DNA of 64,000 nucleotides, taken from assembly GCA_041494445.1 (NCBI GenBank), contig JBGQAU010000001.1, positions 24,797-88,796 of the forward strand, written 5' to 3'. The notes beneath the pieces were generated by a model. That model did no database searches. It worked only from the letters and a program-made list of their open reading frames with translations, and was not told the origin of the DNA. Shown piece after piece: positions 27,129 to 36,827 of the stretch. Source of the stretch: Acidobacteriota bacterium (GTDB taxonomy: Bacteria; Acidobacteriota; Polarisedimenticolia; Polarisedimenticolales; JAIQFR01). The position numbers and the translations under genes were made by a program. Positions within the stretch are counted from its first letter, which is position 1. The number at the start of each line of letters is the position of its first letter.

Positions 27129-28394
27129 TCAGGCGTACAGCCCGCGAAGCTCCGCGGCGCGCGCGACGCGCTGGATCGCGACGATGAACGCGGCGATCCG
27201 CATATTCGTCGCGTGCTCGACGCTCGCGGCCAGGACCGCGTCGAACGCCTCGACCATGTAGCGCTCGAGCTCCCGGGCCACCCGTTCCTCCTGCCAATAG
27301 TACCCCTGCCGGTTCTGCACCCACTCGAAGTAGGAGACGGTGACGCCGCCCGCGTTGCAAAGGATGTCGGGGATCAGGAACGTCCTCCTCTTCGAGAGGA
27401 TCGCGTCGGCATCGTAGGTGGTCGGGCCGTTGGCGCACTCGGCGATCACCCGCGCCTTGATGCGCGAGGCGTTCTCGCCGGTGATCTGGGTCTCGAGCGC
27501 CGCCGGGACCAGGACGTCCACGTCCATCTCGAGGAGCTTCATCGGGTCGTCGAGGTGCCTGACCTTGAGCGCGCGCTCGAGCCCCGCGAGCCCTCTGTGC
27601 TCCGCGTTGTGGCGGAACGCCGACTCGATGTCGATCCCCGCCTCGTTCACGAAGGCGCCGTTCACGTCGGAGATCCCCACGACGCGGAAGCCGAGATCGA
27701 CGAGGAGCTTCGCGGCCCACGATCCGACGTTCCCGAACCCCTGGATCGCCACGCGGGCCCTGCCCGGGTGGATCCCGAGATGCTTGCACGCCTCCCGCAC
27801 GCAGAACACCATCCCCTGCGCCGTCGCCGACTCGCGCCCCTTCGATCCACCCAGGTCGAGGGGCTTGCCCGTGACCACGCCCGGCAGGTACCCCTGCGCG
27901 TGCATCGAGAGCGTGTCCATGATCCACGCCATGATCTGGGCGTTGGTGTTCACGTCCGGCGCCGGGACGTCCCGGTCCACCCCGAACAGGTCCTCCAGCT
28001 CGGCGGCGTATCGCCTCGTCAGCCGCTCCAGCTCGCCCAGGGAGAGCTTCGACGGGTCCACGATGATGCCGCCCTTCCCGCCGCCGAACGGGATGTTCAC
28101 CACCGCGCACTTGTAGGTCATCCAGAACGCGAGCGCCTTGACCTCCTCCACGGTCACCGCGGGGTGGTACCTCAGGCCTCCCTTCGCCGGCCCGCGGGCC
28201 ATGCTGTGCTGCACCCGGTAGGCGGTGAAGATCTCGATCCGGCCGTCGTCCATCCGGACGGGGAGCTTGACCTCCGTCACCCGGCGCGGCTGCTTGATCA
28301 TGGCGACCTGGTTCGGCGTCAGATGGAGCACCCGGGCCGCCTCGTCGAACTGCTTGAACGCGTTCTCGAGCGCGTTGACGTTGTCCTTCTCCAT
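27129..28394 (-). CDS. gdhA: Glutamate dehydrogenase
   Basis: PAKGGLRYHP, FGGGKGG and the dinucleotide fold IQGFGNVG; 421 aa from ATG 28394, which has a GGGAGGA Shine-Dalgarno site. Confidence 0.9.
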   Translation of the reverse strand: MEKDNVNALENAFKQFDEAARVLHLTPNQVAMIKQPRRVTEVKLPVRMDDGRIEIFTAYRVQHSMARGPAKGGLRYHPAVTVEEVKALAFWMTYKCAVVNIPFGGGKGGIIVDPSKLSLGELERLTRRYAAELEDLFGVDRDVPAPDVNTNAQIMAWIMDTLSMHAQGYLPGVVTGKPLDLGGSKGRESATAQGMVFCVREACKHLGIHPGRARVAIQGFGNVGSWAAKLLVDLGFRVVGISDVNGAFVNEAGIDIESAFRHNAEHRGLAGLERALKVRHLDDPMKLLEMDVDVLVPAALETQITGENASRIKARVIAECANGPTTYDADAILSKRRTFLIPDILCNAGGVTVSYFEWVQNRQGYYWQEERVARELERYMVEAFDAVLAASVEHATNMRIAAFIVAIQRVARAAELRGLYA

Positions 28395-28524
28395 GGGGTC
28401 CTCCCGTCTCGGCCGGCGGAGCATGGTAGCGCGTCTCCCGGTCCTCGGCCGCTCGCACCCGCCATGCGCGGCTTCCGAGGGTTGGATACACTGTGGCGAG
28501 ATTCGGGTGTTTGCGGAGGAGAGG

Positions 28525-29445
28525 ATGAAGAACGCCGTCGTCGCCCATTCGGTCGGGCTCGCGCTCGCGATCGTCTCGTCGCTGTGCACGGGCCGGGCGG
28601 CGTCCGCGGGTCTGTGCGGCGGTGACGATCGCGTGCGGCTCGTCGAAGGCGCCTCCTTCGACACCGGGACCGCCAGATTGTCGCCCGATCAGGTCGCAGC
28701 TCTGCGACTCGCGGTCTACGCGCTGCGTCCCAAGATCGGGCTGGGCGTGGGCCCGGCCTGCACGGGGACGGCGATCTCCGAAAAGCTCATGCTGACCGCG
28801 GGGCACTGCGTGATCAAGGGCGGGATGAAGGCCTATCAGAAGCACCTCCGGCCGCGGCCCAAGCCGGTGGACCTCAAGCTCGTCTATCGCGTCTTCGACA
28901 AGCTGACGGGCGCCGATCTGGCCCTGTACGCCCGGAAGTCCGGGACGTTCCGCGACTACCTCCCCGTCGACCCGGGGTTCGGCTTCGATGCCGTGGAGCC
29001 CGGCGACCGCTTCGGGTTTCCCGCGTTTCCGTACAAGAAGTGGAACGTCTTCTCCTGGCCGCAGAAGAAGCTCCTGTTCTCGCCCGTATCGCAATCGGCG
29101 GTCGAGGATGAGGACGTGTGGTTCGGCGTGCAGCCCTGCCACGACGATCCCGCGGGAGAGCGTGGTGACGCCGGTACCACCCCGGAGCGGGCCGCCGAGA
29201 AGACCGCGGGCGGCGGGGACTTCCCTTGGTGCCGCGTGTTCTCCTGCGCAGACTTCTTCGACGGGAACAGCGGCTCGCCGATGCTGCGCTTCCACCTCGA
29301 GAACGGCGCCGAAACGATCTCGGTGATCGCGGTGGGCACGGTGAGCGTCAAGGGGAACGCACCGGACCGGTCGTTGAGCGCCGGTGCGGTGCCGGTCGCC
29401 CTGCTCCGGGACGTGCTCCCCGGGTTCCTGGCGCCGTCGAGGTAG
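28525..29445 (+). CDS. Secreted trypsin-like (S1) serine protease
   Basis: GGAGGAG Shine-Dalgarno site and a signal peptide. The catalytic His is in LTAGHC and the Ser in DGNSGSP. Confidence 0.75.
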   Translation: MKNAVVAHSVGLALAIVSSLCTGRAASAGLCGGDDRVRLVEGASFDTGTARLSPDQVAALRLAVYALRPKIGLGVGPACTGTAISEKLMLTAGHCVIKGGMKAYQKHLRPRPKPVDLKLVYRVFDKLTGADLALYARKSGTFRDYLPVDPGFGFDAVEPGDRFGFPAFPYKKWNVFSWPQKKLLFSPVSQSAVEDEDVWFGVQPCHDDPAGERGDAGTTPERAAEKTAGGGDFPWCRVFSCADFFDGNSGSPMLRFHLENGAETISVIAVGTVSVKGNAPDRSLSAGAVPVALLRDVLPGFLAPSR

Positions 29446-29573
29446 GACCGGTCTCCGGCGAACGGCAAAAACTCAAGACGGCATCGAGCCGCCAGCTGAT
29501 CGGACTTGCCCAGGGCCTCCGCGCGCCGTAGACTCCCGCTTCTTCTTCCTCTCTTTCCCACGGGGGGCGCCCG

Positions 29574-31670
29574 ATGGCAGCGAACGACCCGAAGCGAGGC
29601 GAGGGCGAGACCCGCCGCCTCCATCCTGCGGCTTATCGCGAGCTCGAGCCCGGCGAGACCTACGAGCCGTTCGTGCCTTCCGGCGCCGCGGTGCCGGAGT
29701 TCACGTTCCGCTCGGTCTTCACCGGGATCGTGATGGTCCTGATCTTCTCGGTGGCCGCGACCTACTCGGGGCTCAAGGTCGCCCAGGTGTTCGAGGCGGC
29801 GATCCCGATCTCGATCCTGGCCGTGGGCCTGTCGGGTCTCTTCCGCAGGCGCAACTCGATCCTCGAGAACGTGATCATCCAGAGCATCGGGGGCGCGTCG
29901 GGGCTCATCGTGGCCGGCTCGATCTTCACGCTTCCGGCGCTCTACATCATGAACGTCGCGCCGGGAGCCGGGAGGATGCTCCTGACGGTGTTCGTGGTCG
30001 CGGTCCTGGGCTCTTCCCTCGGCCTCCTGTTCCTGATCCCTCTCCGGCGCTATTTCGTCGCCGAGCAGCACGGGAAGCTGCCGTTCCCCGAGGCGACGGC
30101 GATCAACGAGGTCTATATCACGGGGGAAGCCGGCGGCGAGCAGGCGAGAACGCTGCTCCTCGCGGCGGGTGTGGGCGGGATCTACGACTTCCTCGCCACC
30201 TCGGTCCGGGCGTGGTCCGAGATCGTGAACTTCCAGTTCCTGCCGTTCATGAAGAACCTGGCGGACAAGTACAAGGCCGCGGTCAGCGTGAACGCGGTCG
30301 CGATGATCGTCGGGCTCGGCTACATCACCGGCCTAAGGTACTCGGCGATCATCTGCGCCGGGGGCCTGTTCTCGAACCTGATCATGGTCCCGCTGATCTA
30401 CCACTTCGGCCAGTACGTCCCCTCGATCTCCATTCCGCCGGCGCCCCTGCCCGGCGTTCCCGGGTTCATCGCGGACATGAGCGCCGGGAACATCTTCCGG
30501 CTTTACGCCCAGCGGGTCGGCGTCGGGGCCATGGCGGGCGCCGGCATCATCGGGATCCTGAAGGCGCTCCCCACCATCGCCAGCGCGTTCTCGCTGGGAT
30601 TCAAGCAGATCTTCCGCCCGCACGCCCACGCCCAGGAGGTCAGGCGCACCGACCGCGATCTCAAGATGAGCACGGTGATGGGCGGGATCGTGGCCGCGAC
30701 GCTCGCCGTCGGCGTGTTCTTCCTCGTGCTCCTGCGCCAGGACCCGGTCGCCGCCGGGAAGGCGCCTCAGATCGCGCTGACCGGCCTCGTGATCGCGTTC
30801 GTGTTCTCTTTCCTGTTCACCACCGTGGCCGCCCTGGCGACGGCCATGACCGGCAACAACCCGATCTCGGGCATGACCCTGGTCACGCTGATCATCGGCT
30901 CGACGGCCCTGGTCTCGGTCGGGCTCCAGGGCGAGTACGGGAAGTTCGCAGCGATCGTGATGGGCGCCGTGGTCTGCTCCGCCCTGGCGATGAGCGGCGG
31001 GTTCGTCACCGACCTCAAGGTCGGCTACTGGCTCGGCTCGACCCCGAGGTACCAGCAGATCTCCAAGGTGATCGGCACGCTGTTCGCCGCGGTCGGCGTC
31101 GCCCTGACCGTGCTCCTGATCCACCGCGCGTTCGGCAGGACGGACGCCGCCACGGGGCAGTTCGTCTCCGGCTTCATGAACACGCAAGTGGTGCCGGCGC
31201 CGCAGGCGAACCTGTTCGCCACGATCCTCTCCGGCATCTTCGACAAGCAGCCGGTGACCTGGCTCCTCTACAGCGTGGGCCTCGTGCTCGCGGTGCTCCT
31301 CGAGATGATGAAGATCCCGCCGCTGGCGTTCGCCATCGGGATGTACCTGCCGCTGCAGGTCAACACGCCGCTGTTCATCGGCGGCGTCGTCTCGCACTGG
31401 GTCGGGAAGAGCAGCAAGGACCCGAAGGTGTCCGAGGCGCGGTCCCAGCGCGGCACGCTCCTCGCCAGCGGGTTCATCGCCGGCGGCGCGATCATGGGTG
31501 TCGTCGGCGCGCTCCTGGTCATCGGCAAGGAGTACCTCTCGTTCCTGAACGTGGACCTCGGCGTGCCCGACAAGAGCGACACGCTGGGGCAGATCGTGAG
31601 CATCGTGATGTTCACCGGGCTGTGCCTCTTCCTCTACTTCGACTCGAGGCGCGCCAAGCCGCCGGCGTAG
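29574..31670 (+). CDS. OPT family oligopeptide transporter
   Basis: 698 aa, polytopic. The N-terminal pattern is EFTFRSVFTGIVMVLIFSVAATYSGLKV, with Gly-rich helices typical of OPT throughout. Confidence 0.85.
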   Translation: MAANDPKRGEGETRRLHPAAYRELEPGETYEPFVPSGAAVPEFTFRSVFTGIVMVLIFSVAATYSGLKVAQVFEAAIPISILAVGLSGLFRRRNSILENVIIQSIGGASGLIVAGSIFTLPALYIMNVAPGAGRMLLTVFVVAVLGSSLGLLFLIPLRRYFVAEQHGKLPFPEATAINEVYITGEAGGEQARTLLLAAGVGGIYDFLATSVRAWSEIVNFQFLPFMKNLADKYKAAVSVNAVAMIVGLGYITGLRYSAIICAGGLFSNLIMVPLIYHFGQYVPSISIPPAPLPGVPGFIADMSAGNIFRLYAQRVGVGAMAGAGIIGILKALPTIASAFSLGFKQIFRPHAHAQEVRRTDRDLKMSTVMGGIVAATLAVGVFFLVLLRQDPVAAGKAPQIALTGLVIAFVFSFLFTTVAALATAMTGNNPISGMTLVTLIIGSTALVSVGLQGEYGKFAAIVMGAVVCSALAMSGGFVTDLKVGYWLGSTPRYQQISKVIGTLFAAVGVALTVLLIHRAFGRTDAATGQFVSGFMNTQVVPAPQANLFATILSGIFDKQPVTWLLYSVGLVLAVLLEMMKIPPLAFAIGMYLPLQVNTPLFIGGVVSHWVGKSSKDPKVSEARSQRGTLLASGFIAGGAIMGVVGALLVIGKEYLSFLNVDLGVPDKSDTLGQIVSIVMFTGLCLFLYFDSRRAKPPA

Positions 31671-31699
31671 CGCGAAGCGCGGCGGTGTAGACTCCGCAT

Positions 31700-33427
31700 A
31701 TGCGCGCGCAAGAGGCTTCGCACCGCTTCCGCAGCGTCATCTTCCTCCTGCTGCTCGCGGCGGCGGTCGCGGCGGGGATCGGCGCGGCCGGCCCCGCGGC
31801 CCCTTCCGCGCGCCCGGCTCCCGGCGGGGGCGCGGTGGCGTCGGCGGCCCCCGCGGCCACGGAGACGGGTCTCCTGGTCCTCCGGGAGGGCGGCAACGCC
31901 GCGGACGCGGCGGTCGCCGTCGCGCTGGCGCTCGCGGTCGTCCACCCACAGGCGGGGAACCTCGGCGGCGGCGGGTTCGCCGTCGCGAAGTTCGGCGACG
32001 AGATTGCCGCTCTCAACTTCCGCGAGACGGCCCCCGCCGCGGCGACGCCGGGAATGTTCCTCGGCCCGGACGGGGCCCCTGTTCCGGAAAAGTCGCTCGT
32101 GGGGCCGCTCGCCGCGGGCGTACCGGGGTCGCCCGCGGGCCTCTTCGAGCTTCACCGCCGGTTCGGGCGGCTTCCGTGGAAGAAGGTCGTCGCGCCGGCG
32201 GTCGGCCTCGCCCGCGATGGATTCACGGTTACGGAGCGGTTGTCCCGGGCGATCGCCGAGGACCGCATGCTCCTGGCCCGCTTCCCGGAGACCGCGGCGG
32301 TCTGGTTGCCGGGAGGCAAGCCTCCGGCGACGGCATCGAGGATGCGGCTTCCGCGGCTCGCGGAGGCGCTCGAGGATTACGGCCGACGCGGCCCCGTAGC
32401 GCTGACGCGCGGCCGCGCCGCCAAGGCGATCGAGGCGGCGTCCCGAAAGCACGGCGGCATCCTGACCGCGCCCGACCTCGCGGCCTATGCCCCGGCCTGG
32501 CGGGCTCCGGTTCGCTTCCGCTCGTTCGGCTGGGAGATCGCCTCGATGCCGCTCCCTTCCTCGGGCGGGATCATCCTCGGGGAGACCTTCGGCATGCTGG
32601 AGCGTCTCGGATTCGCGAGGCTCGGGAAGGACAGCACGGATCGCGCGCATCTTCTGGTCGAAGCCTGGCGCCGCGCGTTCGCCGATCGCTTTCTGCTCGG
32701 CGACCCATCCACGACCGGGGCCGACGCCCCGCAGCTACTCGACCCGTCCTGGCTCGACCGGCGCGCGCGGGAGATCGACCGCGCGCGTGCAACGAGATCC
32801 ATCGACGTGATGCCCTGGCCCGGCGGCGGCCCGGAGTCGGCGCAGACGACGCACCTGTCGGTGGTGGACGCGCGCGGGGACGCGGTGGCGATGACGGTCA
32901 CGCTCAACGACTCCTTCGGCTGCCGCCTGCTGGTCCCGGAGCTCGGCATCCTCCTGAACAACGAGATGGACGACTTCGCGGCGGCCCCGGGAAAGGCCAA
33001 CCTCTACGGCCTCGTGCAGGGCCCCGCGAACGCCGTCGGACCGGGCAAGCGCATGCTCTCGTCCATGAGCCCCACGCTGGCGTGGAAAGGAAGCGAGATC
33101 CTCGCGATGGGGTCGCCGGGCGGCTCCCGCATTCCGACGGCCACCGGACAGGCGCTGCTGCGGATCCTGGTGGACGGGGATTCGCTGCAGGGCGCGGTGG
33201 CCCACCCCAGGATCCACCACCAGTGGATGCCGGACGAGGTGGTGGGCGAGGCCGGAGCGCTGACCGGAGAGGTCCGTGCGGAGCTGGCGAAACGGGGTCA
33301 CACCTTCAAGGACGTCGCCGCGCTAGGCGAGGTCCACGCCGTGCGCCGCCGTGCCGACGGCCGTCTCGAGGCTGCCGCGGATCCGCGGGGACCTGGCGCC
33401 GCCGGAGTTCAGGAGCCGCGGAAGTAG
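31700..33427 (+). CDS. ggt: Gamma-glutamyltranspeptidase
   Basis: Signal peptide, GGNAADAAVA, the autoprocessing Thr in AQTTHLSVVD, and GSPGGSRI. Confidence 0.9.
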   Translation: MRAQEASHRFRSVIFLLLLAAAVAAGIGAAGPAAPSARPAPGGGAVASAAPAATETGLLVLREGGNAADAAVAVALALAVVHPQAGNLGGGGFAVAKFGDEIAALNFRETAPAAATPGMFLGPDGAPVPEKSLVGPLAAGVPGSPAGLFELHRRFGRLPWKKVVAPAVGLARDGFTVTERLSRAIAEDRMLLARFPETAAVWLPGGKPPATASRMRLPRLAEALEDYGRRGPVALTRGRAAKAIEAASRKHGGILTAPDLAAYAPAWRAPVRFRSFGWEIASMPLPSSGGIILGETFGMLERLGFARLGKDSTDRAHLLVEAWRRAFADRFLLGDPSTTGADAPQLLDPSWLDRRAREIDRARATRSIDVMPWPGGGPESAQTTHLSVVDARGDAVAMTVTLNDSFGCRLLVPELGILLNNEMDDFAAAPGKANLYGLVQGPANAVGPGKRMLSSMSPTLAWKGSEILAMGSPGGSRIPTATGQALLRILVDGDSLQGAVAHPRIHHQWMPDEVVGEAGALTGEVRAELAKRGHTFKDVAALGEVHAVRRRADGRLEAAADPRGPGAAGVQEPRK

Positions 33428-33431
33428 GCCG

Positions 33432-33737
33432 TCAGCCCGCACGGCGCCGGCCGCGCAGCCACTTTTCGAGTGACGTCTTCGATTCGCCCGACGGCAGCCC
33501 GGCGAGAAGCCCCTCAACGCTCAGGTCCTCGTCCAGATCGGGCCAGTGGATGCCATGCCCCTGCCCGATGAGCCGCCACTTCGATCGTTCCGCCGGGGAT
33601 CCATCCACCAGCCGCGGGTACCAAGCAAGCGGCACGGAGATCGTCCTTCCGTCGGAGAGGTCGACGATGAGAGAGTCCTTTGTGACCCTGACGTCCTGCG
33701 CCAACGCCTCTCGCGGCCTATTCCGCGAAGAACTCAT
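33432..33737 (-). CDS. DUF2442 domain protein
   Basis: VRVTKDSLIVDLSDGRTISVPLAWYPRL...WRLIGQGHGIHWPDLDEDLSVEGLL is the DUF2442 signature. The start at ATG 33737 is preferred over 33764. Confidence 0.75.
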   Translation of the reverse strand: MSSSRNRPREALAQDVRVTKDSLIVDLSDGRTISVPLAWYPRLVDGSPAERSKWRLIGQGHGIHWPDLDEDLSVEGLLAGLPSGESKTSLEKWLRGRRRAG

Positions 33738-33954
33738 CCCATTTCCTCGAGAAAAACTCGGCATTCTCCTCTACCATTGCTCGGAGCCGTGCCAGCTCCA
33801 TCCGCCCGAAGCCCCCGCTATCGGCGATTCTGACGGGATCCAACCAGAATTTCGCCCTCATTCGCTCACGTTCTACGTGCACATGCCCCGGCTCGCGACG
33901 GTCAGCCCCATAGAAAAAGAACCGGTACGGTCCGCGACGGAGAACCGTCGGCAC
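33718..33954 (-). CDS. DUF4160 domain protein
   Basis: GPYRFFFYGADRREPGHVHVERERMRAKFWLDP is the DUF4160 signature. It overlaps the downstream DUF2442 gene by 20 nt, and the local GC is visibly lower. Confidence 0.75.
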   Translation of the reverse strand: MPTVLRRGPYRFFFYGADRREPGHVHVERERMRAKFWLDPVRIADSGGFGRMELARLRAMVEENAEFFSRKWDEFFAE

Positions 33955-34099
33955 CCCGCCCGCCTTCCTCGGGACCGAGGAGAAGTATAGCGCCGCGGTA
34001 CAGGCGTGGCGCGGCCGACGCGGAAACAGGTTGTGGCGCGGGAAGGCCCAGTGTGGGAAGGATGAGCACTCACATGGTTATCCGATCAACGCGCCACCC

Positions 34100-34651
34100 T
34101 CACTCCACCAGCAGGATCGCGTAACGGTTCATCGGCTGGGACGGATCGGTCAGCACGTCGAGCGGATACCCGACGGCGTGGGCGGTCGAGAAGAGGTCCA
34201 CCGCCAGCCCCTCGGGCGTGGGGCGGGCCGAGCCCGGCAGGCGGCAATCGCCCGGCCGCCCGACGCACTCCTCGCAGTGAGGGCAGCTGCCCATGAGGAG
34301 CATGAACGCCTTGCGATGACCGGAGAGGAACACCGCCCGCTCGAGCGCGAGGAGCTCCGCGTTGAGAGGCCGCGACCACCGCTTGCGTTCTTCCTCGTCC
34401 GGGGCGGCCTTCACGAAGCGGAAGATCGCCGCTTCCGCGTACTCGCGAATGAAGCGCTCGCACTCGGCGACGGACGGGTTATTGGGAGGGCACGCCACGT
34501 TGGTGCCGTACTCGGGGCATCCGTACTGGCACTTCATGCGGACCCAGTGGGCCACCACGATGTCGGCCGCGCGAAGCCAGCGGAAGTCCTCGAAGCCGTG
34601 TTCTCGAAAGAGCCTTTCTAGAGGCTCCCGATTCGTCGTGGCGACTTGCAT
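34100..34651 (-). CDS. DUF2284 family Cys-rich metal-binding protein
   Basis: MKCQYGCPEYGTNVACPP and GSCPHCEEC motifs. The start is ATG 34651 (MQVATTN). Confidence 0.7.
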   Translation of the reverse strand: MQVATTNREPLERLFREHGFEDFRWLRAADIVVAHWVRMKCQYGCPEYGTNVACPPNNPSVAECERFIREYAEAAIFRFVKAAPDEEERKRWSRPLNAELLALERAVFLSGHRKAFMLLMGSCPHCEECVGRPGDCRLPGSARPTPEGLAVDLFSTAHAVGYPLDVLTDPSQPMNRYAILLVE

Positions 34652-34690
34652 TCTCGCTCTCCCTGCGCGCTCGCGGCGCGGCATGGAACG

Positions 34691-35563
34691 CTAGAGAGCC
34701 GGCTTCGCCACGAGGTCCAGCTCGACCGTCAGCCTCGCGCCCTCGCGGGAAACCGAGCCGAACTTCCCGGCGCGATCCTGGAACACGAGGCGTCCGTCGC
34801 CCGTCGAGAGCACCTTGAGGAGCGGGTCGAGCCCCCCGCGGACGTGGGCCAGCGCCCCCGCGGCGGCCTCCGGCGACGGGTAGTCGGCGATCAAGAGCGT
34901 ACGCGTGCCGGATCCCGTCTGCCGGTACTCGCCGGCGACCGCCGTGACCCTGCCGCCGAGGAGCAGGAGGTCCCCCTCGCCGAGCGCCCCGGCGACGGCC
35001 TGGAGGCCGTACCGGCCGCGGACGAGCCGCACCGACGAGGTAACCAGACCCTCCTTCGGGAGCAGCGCCATCGCGGCGGGCGGCTCCGCGGTCGGGATCC
35101 GCGAGGCCACGAACCGCCCGAACTCGAGAAGGGCCGGCGAGACCTCCGGCGTCCCGGCGTCGTTGTTGACGAGCACGTAGTAGCGCCCCTTCACGAACGC
35201 GAGCTGATATCGGCCATAAGTGTGCCGCTCCGAGAAGCCGGAGGCCGGGGTCTCCTTACCGCACTTCGAGAGGTAGATCCCCCAGGCCGCGACCGGGTCG
35301 TCCATCCGGTAGACCTCGAGGACGATCTCCACCTCGCCGCGATGGAAACGTGCCAGGGTCAGCGCATCGAACCCCAGCTCCAGGAAGAGCTCGGCGCCGC
35401 CGTCGATGTGGCCGTAGAGCTCGGCGCCTTTGAAGGCCCGCGGGGCCTCGACCCGGCTGAAGCCGGTGAGAAAACCGTCCGGAGGAACGAGCGCGGGGTC
35501 GCCGTCGGCGCGCGCTGCGGCGGCCGCCAGGAGGAGGAACGCCGCCGCCAGCGCGCGCCTCAC
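34691..35563 (-). CDS. Secreted protein of unknown function
   Basis: GTG 35563 overlaps the stop of the upstream gene (GTGA). The signal peptide is VRRALAAAFLLLAAAAARADG. The body has ordinary globular composition (YGHIDGGAELFLELGFD...YYVLVNNDAG). Confidence 0.65.
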   Translation of the reverse strand: MRRALAAAFLLLAAAAARADGDPALVPPDGFLTGFSRVEAPRAFKGAELYGHIDGGAELFLELGFDALTLARFHRGEVEIVLEVYRMDDPVAAWGIYLSKCGKETPASGFSERHTYGRYQLAFVKGRYYVLVNNDAGTPEVSPALLEFGRFVASRIPTAEPPAAMALLPKEGLVTSSVRLVRGRYGLQAVAGALGEGDLLLLGGRVTAVAGEYRQTGSGTRTLLIADYPSPEAAAGALAHVRGGLDPLLKVLSTGDGRLVFQDRAGKFGSVSREGARLTVELDLVAKPAL

Positions 35564-36792
35564 GCTTCGATCCGGACGAGGCGGATCTTCGTGGGATCGC
35601 CCACCCCGAGGCCGAGCTTCTCCGCCTGGGCGAAGTAATCCGTGTAGCGCGGGTGGTCGACGACCTTGATCTCCATCGCCCGCCGCTTTTCGGTGATCTG
35701 GTCGTGGCCGACCCGGTCGACGGCGAAGGGGTCCGTCGCGAAGTACAGCGAGCGGAGCGGGTAGACGAACTTCTCGTTGAACATCGGGCCGTCGTCGTAC
35801 TGCGCGCGGATCCCGTCGATCACGTTCAGCACCAGCTTGTCCCGCACGGCCGGCGCCGCCAGGACCTCGGTGCAGACCCTGAACCCAAGCGGCGCGTGGA
35901 GCCGGCCGGTGTTGCAGATCGCGCCGTACCCCAGGTTCTTCGTGGCCATTGAGATCCCGGGCCCGGCGTTCTTGAACACGGCGACGTTGACGATCTTGGT
36001 CAGCCGCTCGGTGACCAGCTTCCCGAAATAGGAGAATTCGTCGTTGAACACGTGCTGGTTGAGATAGAACTCGTCGTCCTTGTAACCCGGGACCCCCTTC
36101 CCGACCACCCCTTTCGCGAAGTAGCGGGCGCTGCGATCGAAATTCCCGGCGCTGACGTGGTCCCCCTTCGCGTCGCGGAAGCTCTTTCCCTCGTCCACCA
36201 TCGTCTGGAGCGATTCGATCCTCACGCCCGGGAAACGCTCGGCGGTGAACCCGGCTTGCTTGAGCATGTCGTCGAACCGGTCCCAGATCACGATGTTCCC
36301 GCGGGGGATCCCGTTCTTCTCGAGCCAGGCGATCAGCGCCGCCACGACCTCGGGCTTGCTGCACATGAGCGGGGGGCCGACCGGATTGACCTTGATCCCG
36401 ACCACGTCGCTGCGGTCGAAGAGCATCCGGAAGCTCTTCTTCATCCCCTTTCCCGTGAGGGTCGTGATCCCCTTATCGACCATCTCCGCGACGACCTTCG
36501 CGTCCACCTTGTCGTCCTTGAGGCAGCGCGCGTCGGTCACCTGGACCACGCGCCCGGGGAATGGGCCGGGGATCGCGTGGGGCCCCTTCGGAACCTTCAT
36601 GAAATCCGCGAGGTTCGTCTCGACGTCGGCGGCAGGCTTGGGCGGGGGCGCTCCTTCCTCCGCGTGGAGCGCGGGGATGCCCAGGACCGCCCCGCCGGCG
36701 GCGACCGCGGACGCGGTGCCCAACGCCTTGAGGAAGTCGCGGCGGTCCACGCCGAGGACGGGTTTCATCGACGTGTAGCGATTGCGCCTCAT
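35560..36792 (-). CDS. Tat-exported DUF362 domain protein
   Basis: Twin-arginine signal GVDRRDFLKALGTASAVAAGGAVLGIPALHA, DUF362 core SDVVGIKVNPVG, and C-terminal FATDPFAVDRVG. Confidence 0.75.
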   Translation of the reverse strand: MRRNRYTSMKPVLGVDRRDFLKALGTASAVAAGGAVLGIPALHAEEGAPPPKPAADVETNLADFMKVPKGPHAIPGPFPGRVVQVTDARCLKDDKVDAKVVAEMVDKGITTLTGKGMKKSFRMLFDRSDVVGIKVNPVGPPLMCSKPEVVAALIAWLEKNGIPRGNIVIWDRFDDMLKQAGFTAERFPGVRIESLQTMVDEGKSFRDAKGDHVSAGNFDRSARYFAKGVVGKGVPGYKDDEFYLNQHVFNDEFSYFGKLVTERLTKIVNVAVFKNAGPGISMATKNLGYGAICNTGRLHAPLGFRVCTEVLAAPAVRDKLVLNVIDGIRAQYDDGPMFNEKFVYPLRSLYFATDPFAVDRVGHDQITEKRRAMEIKVVDHPRYTDYFAQAEKLGLGVGDPTKIRLVRIEA

Positions 36793-36827
36793 CGGATTGC
36801 CCTCCCGCCTCGTTGTACGGGGCCGGC

